Notes under the pieces: model-generated
The model's input: the letters and a program-made list of their open reading frames with translations, nothing else
Database searches by the model: none
What the model was told of the DNA's origin: nothing
Made by a program: the position numbers and the translations under genes
In this document: positions 1 to 14,420 of the stretch, in pieces
Position numbering within the stretch: the first letter of the stretch is position 1
Layout: each line of letters opens with the position of its first letter
From: Eledone cirrhosa
Taxonomy: Eukaryota
DNA: 64,000 nt
NCBI GenBank assembly: GCA_964016885.1
Contig: OZ024742.1
Coordinates: 356,996,001 to 357,060,000, forward strand
Direction: 5' to 3'

Positions 1-3000
1 TACTTTTAGTTGTGACACTTACATGACCAGTTTACAGTGTGGACTGAGTACTTTTAGTTGTGAAACTTACATGACCACTTTACAGTGTGGACTAAGTACT
101 TTTAGTTGTGACACTTACATGACCACTTTACAGGGTAGACTGAGTACTTTTAGTTGTGACACTTACGTGACCACTTTACAGTGTGGACTGAGTACATTTA
201 GTTGTGACAGTTACATGACCACTTTACAGTGTGGACTGAGTAATTTACGTTGTGACACCTACATGACCACTTTACAGTGTGGACTAAGTACTTTTAGTTG
301 TTACACTTACATGACCACTTTACAGTGTGGACTGAGTACTTTTAGATGTGACACCTACATGTCCACTTTACAGTGTGGACTGAGTACTTTTAGATGTGAC
401 ACCTACATGACCACTTTACAGTGTGGACTGAGTACTTTTAGTTGTGATACTTACATGACCACTTTACAGTGTGGACAAAGTAATTTTAGTTGTGACACTT
501 ACATGACCAGTTTACAGTGTGGGCTGGGTACTTTTAGTTGTGACACCTACATGATCACTTTACAGTGTGGACTGAGTACTTTTAGTTCTGACACTTACAT
601 GAACACGTTACAGTGTGGACTGAGTACTTTAAGTTGTGACACTTACGTGACCACTTTACAGTGTGGACTGAGTACATTTAATTGTGATACTTACATGACC
701 ACTTTACAGTGTGGACTGAGTACTTTTAGTTGTGACACTTACATGACCACTTTATAGTGTGGACTGAGTACTTTTAGTTGTGACACCTACATGACCACTT
801 TACAGAGTGGACTGAGTACTTTTAGTTGTGAAACCTACATGACCACTTTACAGTGTGGACTAAGTACTTTTAGTTGTGACACTTACATGACAACTTTACA
901 GTGTGGACTAAGTACTTTCATTTGTGACACTTACATGACCAATTTACAGTGTGGACTGAGTACTTTTAGTTGTGACACTTACATAACCACTTTACAGTGT
1001 GGACTCGGTACGTTTAGTTGTGACACTACATGACTACTTTACAGTGTAGACTGAGTACTTTTAGTTGTGACACCTACATGAGCATTTTACAGTGTGGACT
1101 GAGTACTTTTAGTTGTCATACTTACATGACCACTTTACAGTGTGGACTGAGTACTTTTAGTTCTGACACTTACATGACCACTTTACAGTGTGGACACAGT
1201 ACTTTTTGTTGTGACACATACATGACCACTTTACAGAGTGGACTAAGTACTTTTAGTAGTGACACTTAATATGACCACTTTACAGTGTGGGCTGAGTACT
1301 TTTAGTTGTGACACTTACATGACCACTTTACAGTGTGGACTGAGTACTTTTAGTTGCGACATTTACATGACCACTTTACAGTGTGGACTGAGTACTTTTA
1401 GTTGTGACACTTACACGACCACTTTACAGTGTGGACTGAGTACTTTTAGTTGTGGCACTTACATGACCACTTTACAGTGTGAATGAGTAATTTTAGTTGT
1501 GACACCTACATGACCACTTTGAAGTGTGGACTGAGTACTTTTAGTTGTGACACCTACATGACCACTTTACAGTGTGGACTGAGTACTTTTAATTGTGACA
1601 CTTACATGACTACTTTACAGTGTGAACTGAATACTTTTAGTTGTGACACTTACATGACCACTTTACAGTGTGGACTGAGTTCTTTTAGTTGTGACACCTA
1701 CATGACCACTTTACAGTGTGGACTGATTATTTTAGTTGTGACACTTACATGACCACTTTACAGTGTGGACTGAGTACTTTTAGTTGTGACACCTACACGA
1801 CCACTTTACAGTGTGGACTGGGTACTTTTAGTTGTGACACATACATGACCACTTTACAGTGTGGACTGAGTACTTTTAGTTGTGACTCTTACATGACCAG
1901 TTTACAGTGTGGACTAAGTATTTTAGTTGTGACACTTACGTGACCACTTTACAGTGTGGACTGAGTACTTTTAGTTGTGACACCTACTTGACCACTTTAC
2001 AGTGTGGACTAAGTATTTTAGTTGTGACACTTACGTGACCACTTTAAAGTGTGGACTGAGTAATTTTAGTTGTGACACTTACATGACCACTTTAGAGTGT
2101 GGACAGGGTACTTTTAGTTGTGACACCTACATGACCGCTTTACAGTGTGGACTGAATACATTTAGTTGTGACACCTACATGACCGCTTTACAGTGTGGGC
2201 TCAGTACTTTTTAGTTGTGACACTTACATGACCACTTTACAGTGTTGAGTGAGTACTTTTAGTTGTGACACCTACATGACCACTTTACAGTGTGGTCTAA
2301 GTACTTTTAGTTGTGACACTTACATGACTACTTTACAGTGTTGAGTGAGTACTTTTAGTTGTGACACCTACATGACCACTTTACAGTGTGGACTGAGTAC
2401 TTTTAGTTGTGACACCTACATGACCACTTTACAGTGTGGACTGAATACTTTTAGTCGTGACACTTACATGACTACTCTACAGTGTGGACTGAGTACTTTT
2501 AGATGTGACACTTACATGACCACTTTACAGTGTGGACTGAGAACTTTTAGTTGTGACACTTACATGACTACTTTACAGTGTAGACTGAGTACTTTTAGTT
2601 GTGAAATTTACATGACCATTTTACATTGTGGAGTGAGTACTTTTAATTGTGATACTTACATGACTACTTTACAGTGTAGACTGAGTACTTTTAGTTGTGA
2701 CACTTACATGACCACTTTACAGTGTGGACTAAGTACTTTTAGTTGTGACATCTACATGACCACTTTACATTGTGTACTAAGTACTTTTAGTTGTGACACT
2801 TACATGACCACTTTACAGTGTAGACTGAGTACTTTTAGTTGTGACACTTACATGACCACTTTACAGTGTGGACTCGGTACGTTTAGATGTGACACTACAT
2901 GACTACTTTACAGTGTAGGCTGAGTACTTTTAGTTGTGACACTTACATAACCACTTTACAGTGTGGACGCGGTACGTTTAGTCGTGACACTACATGACTA

Positions 3001-6000
3001 CTTTACAGTATAGACTGAGTACTTTTAGTTGTGACACATACATGAGCATTTTACAGTGTGGACTGAGTACTTTTAGTTGTCATACTTACATGACCACTTT
3101 ACAGTGTGGACTGAGTACTTTTAGTTCTGACACTTACATGACCACTTTACAGTGTGGACTCAGTACTTTTAGTTGTGACACTTACATGACCAGTTTACAG
3201 TGTGGACTGAGTACTTTTAGTTGTGACACTTACATGACCACTTTACAGTGTGGACTAAGTACTTTTAGTTGTGACATCTACATGACCACTTTACATTGTG
3301 TACTAAGTACTTTTAGTTGTGACACTTACATGACCACTTTACAGTGTAGACTGAGTAATTTTAGTTGTGACACTTACATGACCACTTTACAGTGTGGTAT
3401 CGGTACGTTTAGATGTGACACTACATGACTACTTTACAGTGTAGACTGAGTACTTTTAGTTGTGACACTTACATAACCACTTTACAGTGTGGACTCGGTA
3501 CGTTTAGTTGTGACACTACATGACTACTTTACAGTGTAGACTGAGTACTTTTAGTTGTGACACCTACATGAGCATTTTACAGTGTGGAATGAGTACTTTT
3601 AGTTGTCATACTTACATGACCACTTTACAGTGTGGACTGAGTACTTTTAGTTCTGACAATTACATGACCGCTTTACAGTGTGGGCTCAGTACTTTTAGTT
3701 GTGACACTTACATGACCAGTTTACAGTGTGGACTGAGTACTTTTAGTTGTGAAACTTACATGACCACTTTACAGTGTGGACTAAGTACTTTTAGTTGTGA
3801 CACTTACATGACCACTTTACAGGGTAGACTGAGTACTTTTAGTTGCGACACTTACGTGACCACTTTACAGTGTGGACTGATTACATTTGGTTGTGACAGT
3901 TACATGACCACTTTACAGTGTGGACTGAGTACTTTACGTTGTGACACCTACATGACCACTTTACAGTGTGGACTAAGTACTTTTAGTTGTGACACTTACA
4001 TGACAACTTTACAGTGTGGACTGAGTACTTTTAGTTGTGACACCTACATGACCACTTTACAGTGTGGACTAAGTACTTTTAGTTGTGACACTTACATGAC
4101 CACTCTACAGTGTGGACTGAGTACTTTTAGATGTGACACCTACATGTCCACTTTACAGTGTGGACTGGGTACTTTTAGATGTGACACCTACATGACCACT
4201 TTACAGTGTGGACTGAGTACTTTTAGTTGTGATACTTACATGACCACTTTACAGTGTGGACAAAGTAATTTTAGTTGTGACACCTACATGACCAGTTTAC
4301 AGTGTGGGCTGGGTACTTTTAGTTGTGACACCTACATGATCACTTTACAGTGTGGACTGAGTATTTTTAGTTCTGACACTTACATGAACACGTTACAGTG
4401 TGGACTGAGTACTTTAAGTTTTGACACTTACGTGACCACTTTACAGTGTGGACTGAGTACATTTAGTTGTGATACTTACATGAGCACTTTACAGTGTGGA
4501 CTGAGTACTTTTTGTTGTGACACTTACATGACCACTTTATAGTGTGGACTGAGTACTTTTAGTTGTGACACCTACATGACCACTTTACAGAGTGGACTGA
4601 GTACTTTTAGTTGTGAAACCTACATGACCACTTTACAGTGTGGACTAAGTACTTTTAGTTGTGACACTTACATGACAACTTTACAGTGTGGACTGAGTAC
4701 TTTCATTTGTGACACTTGCATGACCAATTTACAGTGTGGACTGAGTACTTTTAGTTGTGACACTTACATAACCACTTTACAGTGTGGACTCGGTACGTTT
4801 AGTTGTGACACTACATGACTACTTTACAGTGTAGACTGAGTACTTTTAGTTGTGACAACTACATGAGCATTTTACAGTGTGGACTGAGTACTTTTAGTTG
4901 TCATACTTACATGACCACTTTACAGTGTGGACTGAGTACTTTTAGTTCTGACACTTACATCACCACTTTACAGTGTGGACTCAGTACTTTTTGTTGTGAC
5001 ACATACATGACCACTTTACAGAGTGGACTAAGTACTTTTAGTAGTGACACTTAATACGACCACTTTACAGTGTGGGCTGAGTACTTTTAGTTGTGACACT
5101 TACATGACCACTTTACAGTGTGGACTGAGTACTTTTAGTTGCGACACTTACATGACCACTTTACAGTGTGGACTGAGTACTTTTAGTTGTGACACTTACA
5201 CGACCACTTTACAGTGTGGACTGAGTACTTTTAGTTGTGGCACTTACATGACCACTTTACAGTGTGAATGAGTAATTTTAGTTGTGACACCTACATGACC
5301 ACTTTAAAGTGTGGACTGAGTACTTTTAGTTGTGACACCTACATGACCACTTTACAGTGTGGACTGAGTACTTTTAATTGTGACACTTACATGACTACTT
5401 TACAGTGTGAACTGAATACTTTTAGTTGTGACACTTGCATGACCACTTTACAGTGTGGACTGAGTTCTTTTAGTTGTGACACCTACATGACCACTTTACA
5501 GTGTGGACTGATTATTTTAGTTGTGACACTTACATGACCACTTTACAGTGTGGACTGAGTACTTTTAGTTGTGACACCTACACGACCACTTTACAGTGTG
5601 GACTGGGTACTTTTAGTTGTGACACATACATGACCACTTTACAGTGTGGACTGAGTACTTTTAGTTGTGACACTTACATGACCAGTTTACAGTGTGGACT
5701 AAGTATTTTAGTTGTGACACTTACGTGACCACTTTACAGTGTGGACTGAGTACTTTTAGTTGTGACACCTACTTGACCACTTTACAGTGTGGACTAAGTA
5801 TTTTAGTTGTGACACTTACGTGACCACTTTAAAGTGTGGACTGAGTAATTTTAGTTGTGACACTTACATGACCACTTTAGAGTGTGGACAGGGTACTTTT
5901 AATTGTGACACCTACATGACCGCTTTACAGTGTGGACTGAATACATTTAGTTGTGACACCTACATGACCGCTTTACAGTGTGGGCTCAGTACTTTTTAGT

Positions 6001-9000
6001 TGTGACACTTACATGACCAGTTTACAGTGTGGACTGAGTACTTTTAGTTGTGATACTTACATGACCACTTTACAGTGTGGACTAAGTACTTTTAGTTGTG
6101 ACACTACATGACCACTTTACAGTGTTGACTGAGTGCTTTCAGTTGTGACACTTACATGACCACTTTACAGTGTGGACAGTGTATTTTTTGTTGTGACACC
6201 TACATGAACACTTTACAGTGTGGACTGAATACTTTCAGTTTTGACACTTACATGACCACTTTACAGTGTGGACTGGGTACTTTTAGTTGTGACACTACAT
6301 GACCACTTTACAGTGTGGACTGGGTACTTTTAGTTGCGATACTTACATGACAACTTTACAGTGTGGACTGAGTACTTTTAGTTGTGATACTTACATGACC
6401 ACTTTACAGTGTGGACTGTGTACTTTTAGTTGTGATACTTACATGACCACTTTACAGTGTTGACTGGGTACTTTTTGTTGTGACACTACATGACCACTTT
6501 ACAGTGTGGACTAAGTAATTTTAGTTGTGACACTTACATGACCACTTTACAGTGTGGACTGAGTACTTTTAGTTGTGACACTTACATAACCACTTTACAG
6601 TGTGGATTAGGTACCTTTAGTTGTGACACTTACATGACCACTTTACAGTGTGGACTGGGTACTTTTAGTAGTGATACTTACATGACTTCTTTACAGAGTG
6701 GACTGTTTATTTTAGTTGTGAACTTACATGACCAATTTACAGTGTGGACTGAGTACTTTTCGTTGTGACACATACATGACCACTTTACAGTGTGGACAGG
6801 GCATTTTTTGTTGTGACACCTACAAGACAACTTTACAGTGTGGACTGAGTACTTTTAGTTGTGACACTTACATGACCACTTTACAGTGTGGACTGAGTCC
6901 TTTTAGTTGTGACACCTACATGACCACTTTACAGTGTGGACTGAGTCCTTTTAGTTGTGACACCTACATGACTACTTTACAGTGTAGACTGAGTACTTTT
7001 AGTTGTGACACTTACATGACCACTTTACAGTGTGGACTAAGTACTTTTAGTTGTGACATCTACATGACCACTTTACATTGTGTACTAAGTACTTTTAGTT
7101 GTGACACTTACATGACCACTTTACAGTGTAGACTGAGTACTTTTAGTTGTGACACTTACATGACCACTTTACAGTGTGGACTCGGTACGTTTAGATGTGA
7201 CACTACATGACTACTTTACAGTGTAGGCTGAGTACTTTTAGTTGTGACACTTACATAACCACTTTACAGTGTGGACGCGGTACGTTTAGTCGTGACACTA
7301 CATGACTACTTTACAGTATAGACTGAGTACTTTTAGTTGTGACACATACATGAGCATTTTACAGTGTGGACTGAGTACTTTTAGTTGTCATACTTACATG
7401 ACCACTTTACAGTGTGGACTGAGTACTTTTAGTTCTGACACTTACATGACCACTTTACAGTGTGGACTCAGTACTTTTAGTTGTGACACTTACATGACCA
7501 GTTTACAGTGTGGACTGAGTACTTTTAGTTGTGACACTTACATGACCACTTTACAGTGTGGACTAAGTACTTTTAGTTGTGACATCTACATGACCACTTT
7601 ACATTGTGTACTAAGTACTTTTAGTTGTGACACTTACATGACCACTTTACAGTGTAGACTGAGTAATTTTAGTTGTGACACTTACATGACCACTTTACAG
7701 TGTGGTATCGGTACGTTTAGATGTGACACTACATGACTACTTTACAGTGTAGACTGAGTACTTTTAGTTGTGACACTTACATAACCACTTTACAGTGTGG
7801 ACTCGGTACGTTTAGTTGTGACACTACATGACTACTTTACAGTGTAGACTGAGTACTTTTAGTTGTGACACCTACATGAGCATTTTACAGTGTGGAATGA
7901 GTACTTTTAGTTGTCATACTTACATGACCACTTTACAGTGTGGACTGAGTACTTTTAGTTCTGACAATTACATGACCGCTTTACAGTGTGGGCTCAGTAC
8001 TTTTAGTTGTGACACTTACATGACCAGTTTACAGTGTGGACTGAGTACTTTTAGTTGTGAAACTTACATGACCACTTTACAGTGTGGACTAAGTACTTTT
8101 AGTTGTGACACTTACATGACCACTTTACAGGGTAGACTGAGTACTTTTAGTTGCGACACTTACGTGACCACTTTACAGTGTGGACTGATTACATTTGGTT
8201 GTGACAGTTACATGACCACTTTACAGTGTGGACTGAGTACTTTACGTTGTGACACCTACATGACCACTTTACAGTGTGGACTAAGTACTTTTAGTTGTGA
8301 CACTTACATGACAACTTTACAGTGTGGACTGAGTACTTTTAGTTGTGACACCTACATGACCACTTTACAGTGTGGACTAAGTACTTTTAGTTGTGACACT
8401 TACATGACCACTCTACAGTGTGGACTGAGTACTTTTAGATGTGACACCTACATGTCCACTTTACAGTGTGGACTGGGTACTTTTAGATGTGACACCTACA
8501 TGACCACTTTACAGTGTGGACTGAGTACTTTTAGTTGTGATACTTACATGACCACTTTACAGTGTGGACAAAGTAATTTTAGTTGTGACACCTACATGAC
8601 CAGTTTACAGTGTGGGCTGGGTACTTTTAGTTGTGACACCTACATGATCACTTTACAGTGTGGACTGAGTATTTTTAGTTCTGACACTTACATGAACACG
8701 TTACAGTGTGGACTGAGTAATTTAAGTTTTGACACTTACGTGACCACTTTACAGTGTGGACTGAGTACATTTAGTTGTGATACTTACATGAGCACTTTAC
8801 AGTGTGGACTGAGTACTTTTAGTTGTGACACTTACATGACCACTTTATAGTGTGGACTGAGTACTTTTAGTTGTGACACCTACATGACCACTTTACAGAG
8901 TGGACTGAGTACTTTTAGTTGTGAAACCTACATGACCACTTTACAGTGTGGACTAAGTACTTTTAGTTGTGACACTTACATGACAACTTTACAGTGTGGA

Positions 9001-12000
9001 CTGAGTACTTTCATTTGTGACACTTGCATGACCAATTTACAGTGTGGACTGAGTACTTTTAGTTGTGACACTTACATAACCACTTTACAGTGTGGACTCG
9101 GTACGTTTAGTTGTGACACTACATGACTACTTTACAGTGTAGACTGAGTACTTTTAGTTGTGACAACTACATGAGCATTTTACAGTGTGGACTGAGTACT
9201 TTTAGTTGTCATACTTACATGACCACTTTACAGTGTGGACTGAGTACTTTTAGTTCTGACACTTACATCACCACTTTACAGTGTGGACTCAGTACTTTTT
9301 GTTGTGACACATACATGACCACTTTACAGAGTGGACTAAGTACTTTTAGTAGTGACACTTAATACGACCACTTTACAGTGTGGGCTGAGTACTTTTAGTT
9401 GTGACACTTACATGACCACTTTACAGTGTGGACTGAGTACTTTTAGTTGCGACACTTACATGACCACTTTACAGTGTGGACTGAGTACTTTTAGTTGTGA
9501 CACTTACACGACCACTTTACAGTGTGGACTGAGTACTTTTAGTTGTGGCACTTACATGACCACTTTACAGTGTGAATGAGTAATTTTAGTTGTGACACCT
9601 ACATGACCACTTTAAAGTGTGGACTGAGTACTTTTAGTTGTGACACCTACATGACCACTTTACAGTGTGGACTGAGTACTTTTAATTGTGACACTTACAT
9701 GACTACTTTACAGTGTGAACTGAATACTTTTAGTTGTGACACTTGCATGACCACTTTACAGTGTGGACTGAGTTCTTTTAGTTGTGACACCTACATGACC
9801 ACTTTACAGTGTGGACTGATTATTTTAGTTGTGACACTTACATGACCACTTTACAGTGTGGACTGAGTACTTTTAGTTGTGACACCTACACGACCACTTT
9901 ACAGTGTGGACTGGGTACTTTTAGTTGTGACACATACATGACCACTTTACAGTGTGGACTGAGTACTTTTAGTTGTGACACTTACATGACCAGTTTACAG
10001 TGTGGACTAAGTATTTTAGTTGTGACACTTACGTGACCACTTTACAGTGTGGACTGAGTACTTTTAGTTGTGACACCTACTTGACCACTTTACAGTGTGG
10101 ACTAAGTATTTTAGTTGTGACACTTACGTGACCACTTTAAAGTGTGGACTGAGTAATTTTAGTTGTGACACTTACATGACCACTTTAGAGTGTGGACAGG
10201 GTACTTTTAGTTGTGACACCTACATGACCGCTTTACAGTGTGGACTGAATACATTTAGTTGTGACACCTACATGACCGCTTTACAGTGTGGGCTCAGTAC
10301 TTTTTAGTTGTGACACTTACATGACCAGTTTACAGTGTGGACTGAGTACTTTTAGTTGTGATACTTACATGACCACTTTACAGTGTGGACTAAGTACTTT
10401 TAGTTGTGACACTACATGACCACTTTACAGTGTTGACTGAGTGCTTTCAGTTGTGACACTTACATGACCACTTTACAGTGTGGACAGTGTATTTTTTGTT
10501 GTGACACCTACATGAACACTTTACAGTGTGGACTGAATACTTTCAGTTTTGACACTTACATGACCACTTTACAGTGTGGACTGGGTACTTTTAGTTGTGA
10601 CACTACATGACCACTTTACAGTGTGGACTGGGTACTTTTAGTTGCGATACTTACATGACAACTTTACAGTGTGGACTGAGTACTTTTAGTTGTGATACTT
10701 ACATGACCACTTTACAGTGTGGACTGTGTACTTTTAGTTGTGATACTTACATGACCACTTTACAGTGTTGACTGGGTACTTTTTGTTGTGACACTACATG
10801 ACCACTTTACAGTGTGGACTAAGTAATTTTAGTTGTGACACTTACATGACCACTTTACAGTGTGGACTGAGTACTTTTAGTTGTGACACTTACATAACCA
10901 CTTTACAGTGTGGACTAGGTACCTTTAGTTGTGACACTTACATGACCACTTTACAGTGTGGACTGGGTACTTTTAGTAGTGATACTTACATGACTTCTTT
11001 ACAGAGTGGACTGTTTATTTTAGTTGTGAACTTACATGACCAATTTACAGTGTGGACTGAGTACTTTTCGTTGTGACACATACATGACCACTTTACAGTG
11101 TGGACAGGGCATTTTTTGTTGTGACACCTACAAGACAACTTTACAGTGTGGACTGAGTACTTTTAGTTGTGACACTTACATGACCACTTTACAGTGTGGA
11201 CTGAGTCCTTTTAGTTGTGACACCTACATGACCACTTTACAGTGTGGACTGAGTACTTTTAGTTGTGATACTTACATGACCACTTTACAGCGTGGACTGA
11301 GTACTTTTAGTTGTGATACTTACATGACCACTTTACAGTGTGGACTGGGTACTTTTAGTTGTGACACTACATGATCACTTTACAGTGTGGACTAAGTACT
11401 TTTAGTTGTGACACTTACATGACCACTTTAAAGTGTGGCCTGGGTATTTTTTGTTGTGACACCTACATGACCACTTTACAGTGTGGACTGATTACTTTTA
11501 GTTATGACACTTACATGACCACTTTACTGTGTGGACTGAGTACTTTTAGTTGTGACACCTACATGACCACTTTACAGTGTGGACTGAGTACTTTTAGTTG
11601 TGACACTTACATGACCACTTTACAGTGTGGACTGGTTACCTTTAGTTGTGACACTTACATGACTACTTTACAGTGTGGACTGGGTACTTTTAGTTGTGAC
11701 ACCTACATGACCAGTTTACAGTGTGGACTGAGTAATTTTAGTTGTGACACTTACATGACCACTTTACAGTGTGGACTGACTACTTTTAGTTGTGACACCT
11801 ACATGACCACTTTACAGTGTGGATTGAGTACTTTTAGTTGTGACACTTACATGACCACTTTACAGTGTGGACTAAGTACTTTTAGTTGTGACAATTACAC
11901 GACCACTTTACAGTGTGGACTGGGTACTTTTAGTTGTGACACTTACATGACCACTTTACAGTGTGGACTGAGTACTTTTAGTTGTGACACCTACATGACC

Positions 12001-13661
12001 ACTTTACAGTGTGGTCTAAGTACTTTTAGTTGTGACAATTACACGACCACTTTACAGTGTGGACTGGGTACTTTTAGTTGTGACACTTACATGACCGCTT
12101 TATAGTGTGGACTGAGTACTTTTAGTTGGGATACTTACATGACCACTTTACAGTGTGTACTGTGTACTTTTAGTTGTGACACTTACATGACCACTTTACA
12201 GTGTGGACTGAGTACTTTTAGTTGTGACACTTACATGACTACTTTACAGTGTGGACTGGGTACTTTTAGTTGTGACACCTACATGACCACTTTACAGTGT
12301 GGACTGAGTACTTTTAGTTGTGACACTTACATGACCACTTTACAGTCTGGACTGGGTACTTTTAGTTGTGACACTTACATGACCACTTTACAGTGTGGAC
12401 TGAGTACTTTTAGTTGTGACACTTACATGACTACTTTACAGTGTGGACCGGGTACTTTTAGTTGTGACACCTACATGACCACTTTACAGTGTGGACTGAG
12501 TACTTTTAGTTGTGACACTTACATGACCACTTTACAGTCTGGACTGGGTACTTTTAGTTGTGACACTTACATGACCACTTTACAGTGTGGACTGAGTACT
12601 TTTAGTTGTGACACTTACATGACTACTTTACAGTGTGGACCGGGTACTTTTAGTTGTGACACCTACATGACCACTTTACAGTGTGGACTGAGTACTTTTA
12701 GTTGTGACACTTACATGACCACTTTACAGTCTGGACTGGGTACTTTTAGTTGTGATACTTACATGACCACTTTACAGTGTGGACTGAGTACTTTTAGTTG
12801 TGACACTTACATGACTACTTTACAGTGTGGACCGGGTACTTTTAGTTGTGACACCTACATGACCACTTTACAGTGTGGTCTGAGTACTTTTAGTTGTGAC
12901 ACTTACATGACCACTTTACAGTCTGGACTGGGTACTTTTAGTTGTGACACTTACATGACCACTTTACAGTGTGGACTGAGTACTTTTAGTTGTGTCACTT
13001 ACATGACTACTTTACAGTGTGGACCGGGTACTTTTAGTTGTGACACCTACATGACCACTTTACAGTGTGGACTGAGTACTTTTAGTTGTGACACCTATAT
13101 GACCACTTTACAGTGTGGACTGAGTACTTTTAGTTGTGACACTTACATGACCACTTTACAGTGTGGACTGAGTACTTTTAGTTGTGACACTTACATGACT
13201 ACTTTACAGTGTGGACCGGGTACTTTTAGTTGTGACACCTACATGATCACTTTACAGTGTGGACTGAGTACTTTTAGTTGTGACACTTACATGACCACTT
13301 TACAGTCTGGACTGGGTACTTTTAGTTGTGACACTTACATGACCACTTTACAGTGTGAACTGAGTACTTTTAGTTGTGACACTTACATGACCACTTTACA
13401 GTGTGGACTGGGTATTTTTTGTTTTGACACTTACATGACTACTTTACAGTGTGGACTGAGTACTTTTAGTTGTGACACTTACATGACCACTTTACAGTGT
13501 GGACTGAGTACTTTTAGTTGTGACACTTACATGACCACTTTACAGAGTGGACTGAGTACTTTTAGTTGTGACACTTACATGACCACTTTACAGTGTGGAC
13601 TGGGTATTTTTTGTTGTGACACCTACATGACCACTTTACAGAGTGGACTGGTTACTTTTTG
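1..13661. repeat. 48-bp tandem satellite, about 285 monomers, running off the left edge
   Basis: Consensus TACTTTTAGTTGTGACACTTACATGACCACTTTACAGTGTGGACTGAG repeats head-to-tail with point variants and 1-bp indels. It ends abruptly near 13661. All ORFs in 23-13806 are translations of this unit. Confidence 0.98.
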
Positions 13662-13798
13662 TATTATACATATTATACACACTATATTTATTACAAATAT
13701 TATACCTATATTTTTACTTCATAGGTCTATAGAAAGAAGGAATGTCCACTGCTTTCCCCCTCTGGGGTCTTCAAGGCCAGATAGATTGAGGTTTTTAA

Positions 13799-14005
13799 AC
13801 CTTTAGCATTTACATTACTCTATATACATACTATTGTATTTTCACAGTAAAGGCTTTATCTCACATAATTATCTCACATAATATCAAATCTATGAGATTT
13901 TGATGTTATTTATTTTAATGTAGGTATGAACGATCAGTTAAAGCTGGTTTGAACAAAAAGAAGTGTAAATTCTGGCTGGATATAGCTGGTTTAAATACTA
14001 AATGG
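13799..14005 (-). mobile_element. TTAA-flanked piggyBac-like MITE, degenerate copy
   Basis: TTAA at 13795-13798 is followed by (A)CCTTTAGCATTTA. The body matches the copies at 53812-54031 and 54100-54320. Confidence 0.7.
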
Positions 14006-14259
14006 TTGGTGTTCTGTTTAATTTATTGTAATTTTATTCCTTTAGTAAAGATATGAACAGGAAAACAGTTGCAGAGGGTCAACATTCTGGTCAAGAAAAA
14101 CAGCACTGGGTTTAGTGATTATTACACGAGCATGAGGGCAAGGTTGACAACATTTATGACAAGTGGAACATTTTACTTTCGAATACTGGACCATAAATTC
14201 AAGGATACACACATGAAATACACACCAATTGACTGAATCACAATTTAGACCGATATAAA

Positions 14260-14345
14260 CAGGGTGTAATTTAATGAGGGTAAAGGGGGCAATTGCCCCA
14301 AGCCCCCCATCCTCACAAATACACCTCAGTTTAAATTCAACCCTG
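14260..14345. mobile_element. short hAT-like MITE
   Basis: Termini are CAGGGTGTAATTTAA and TTTAAATTCAACCCTG, with an internal GGGGCAATTGCCCC. The flanking 8-mers GATATAAA/AATATAAT match 6/8. Confidence 0.55.
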
Positions 14346-14420
14346 AATATAATACGAATGATGATTATGGTAAAGTTTGTACTTTTGAATAACTTTGTAT
14401 CTGATGTGGAGGAGAGTATT

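Noticed and set aside
1-13661. CRISPR array
   Set aside because: The units are contiguous with no unique spacers, there are no cas genes, and the context is eukaryotic.
23-13806. Long Cys/Thr-rich repeat ORFs (up to 555 aa) as a real repetitive protein
   Set aside because: The 48-bp unit is a multiple of 3 and happens to lack stops in one frame. Frequent 1-bp indels and stops break the frame throughout, and the unit derives from a non-coding retroelement tail.
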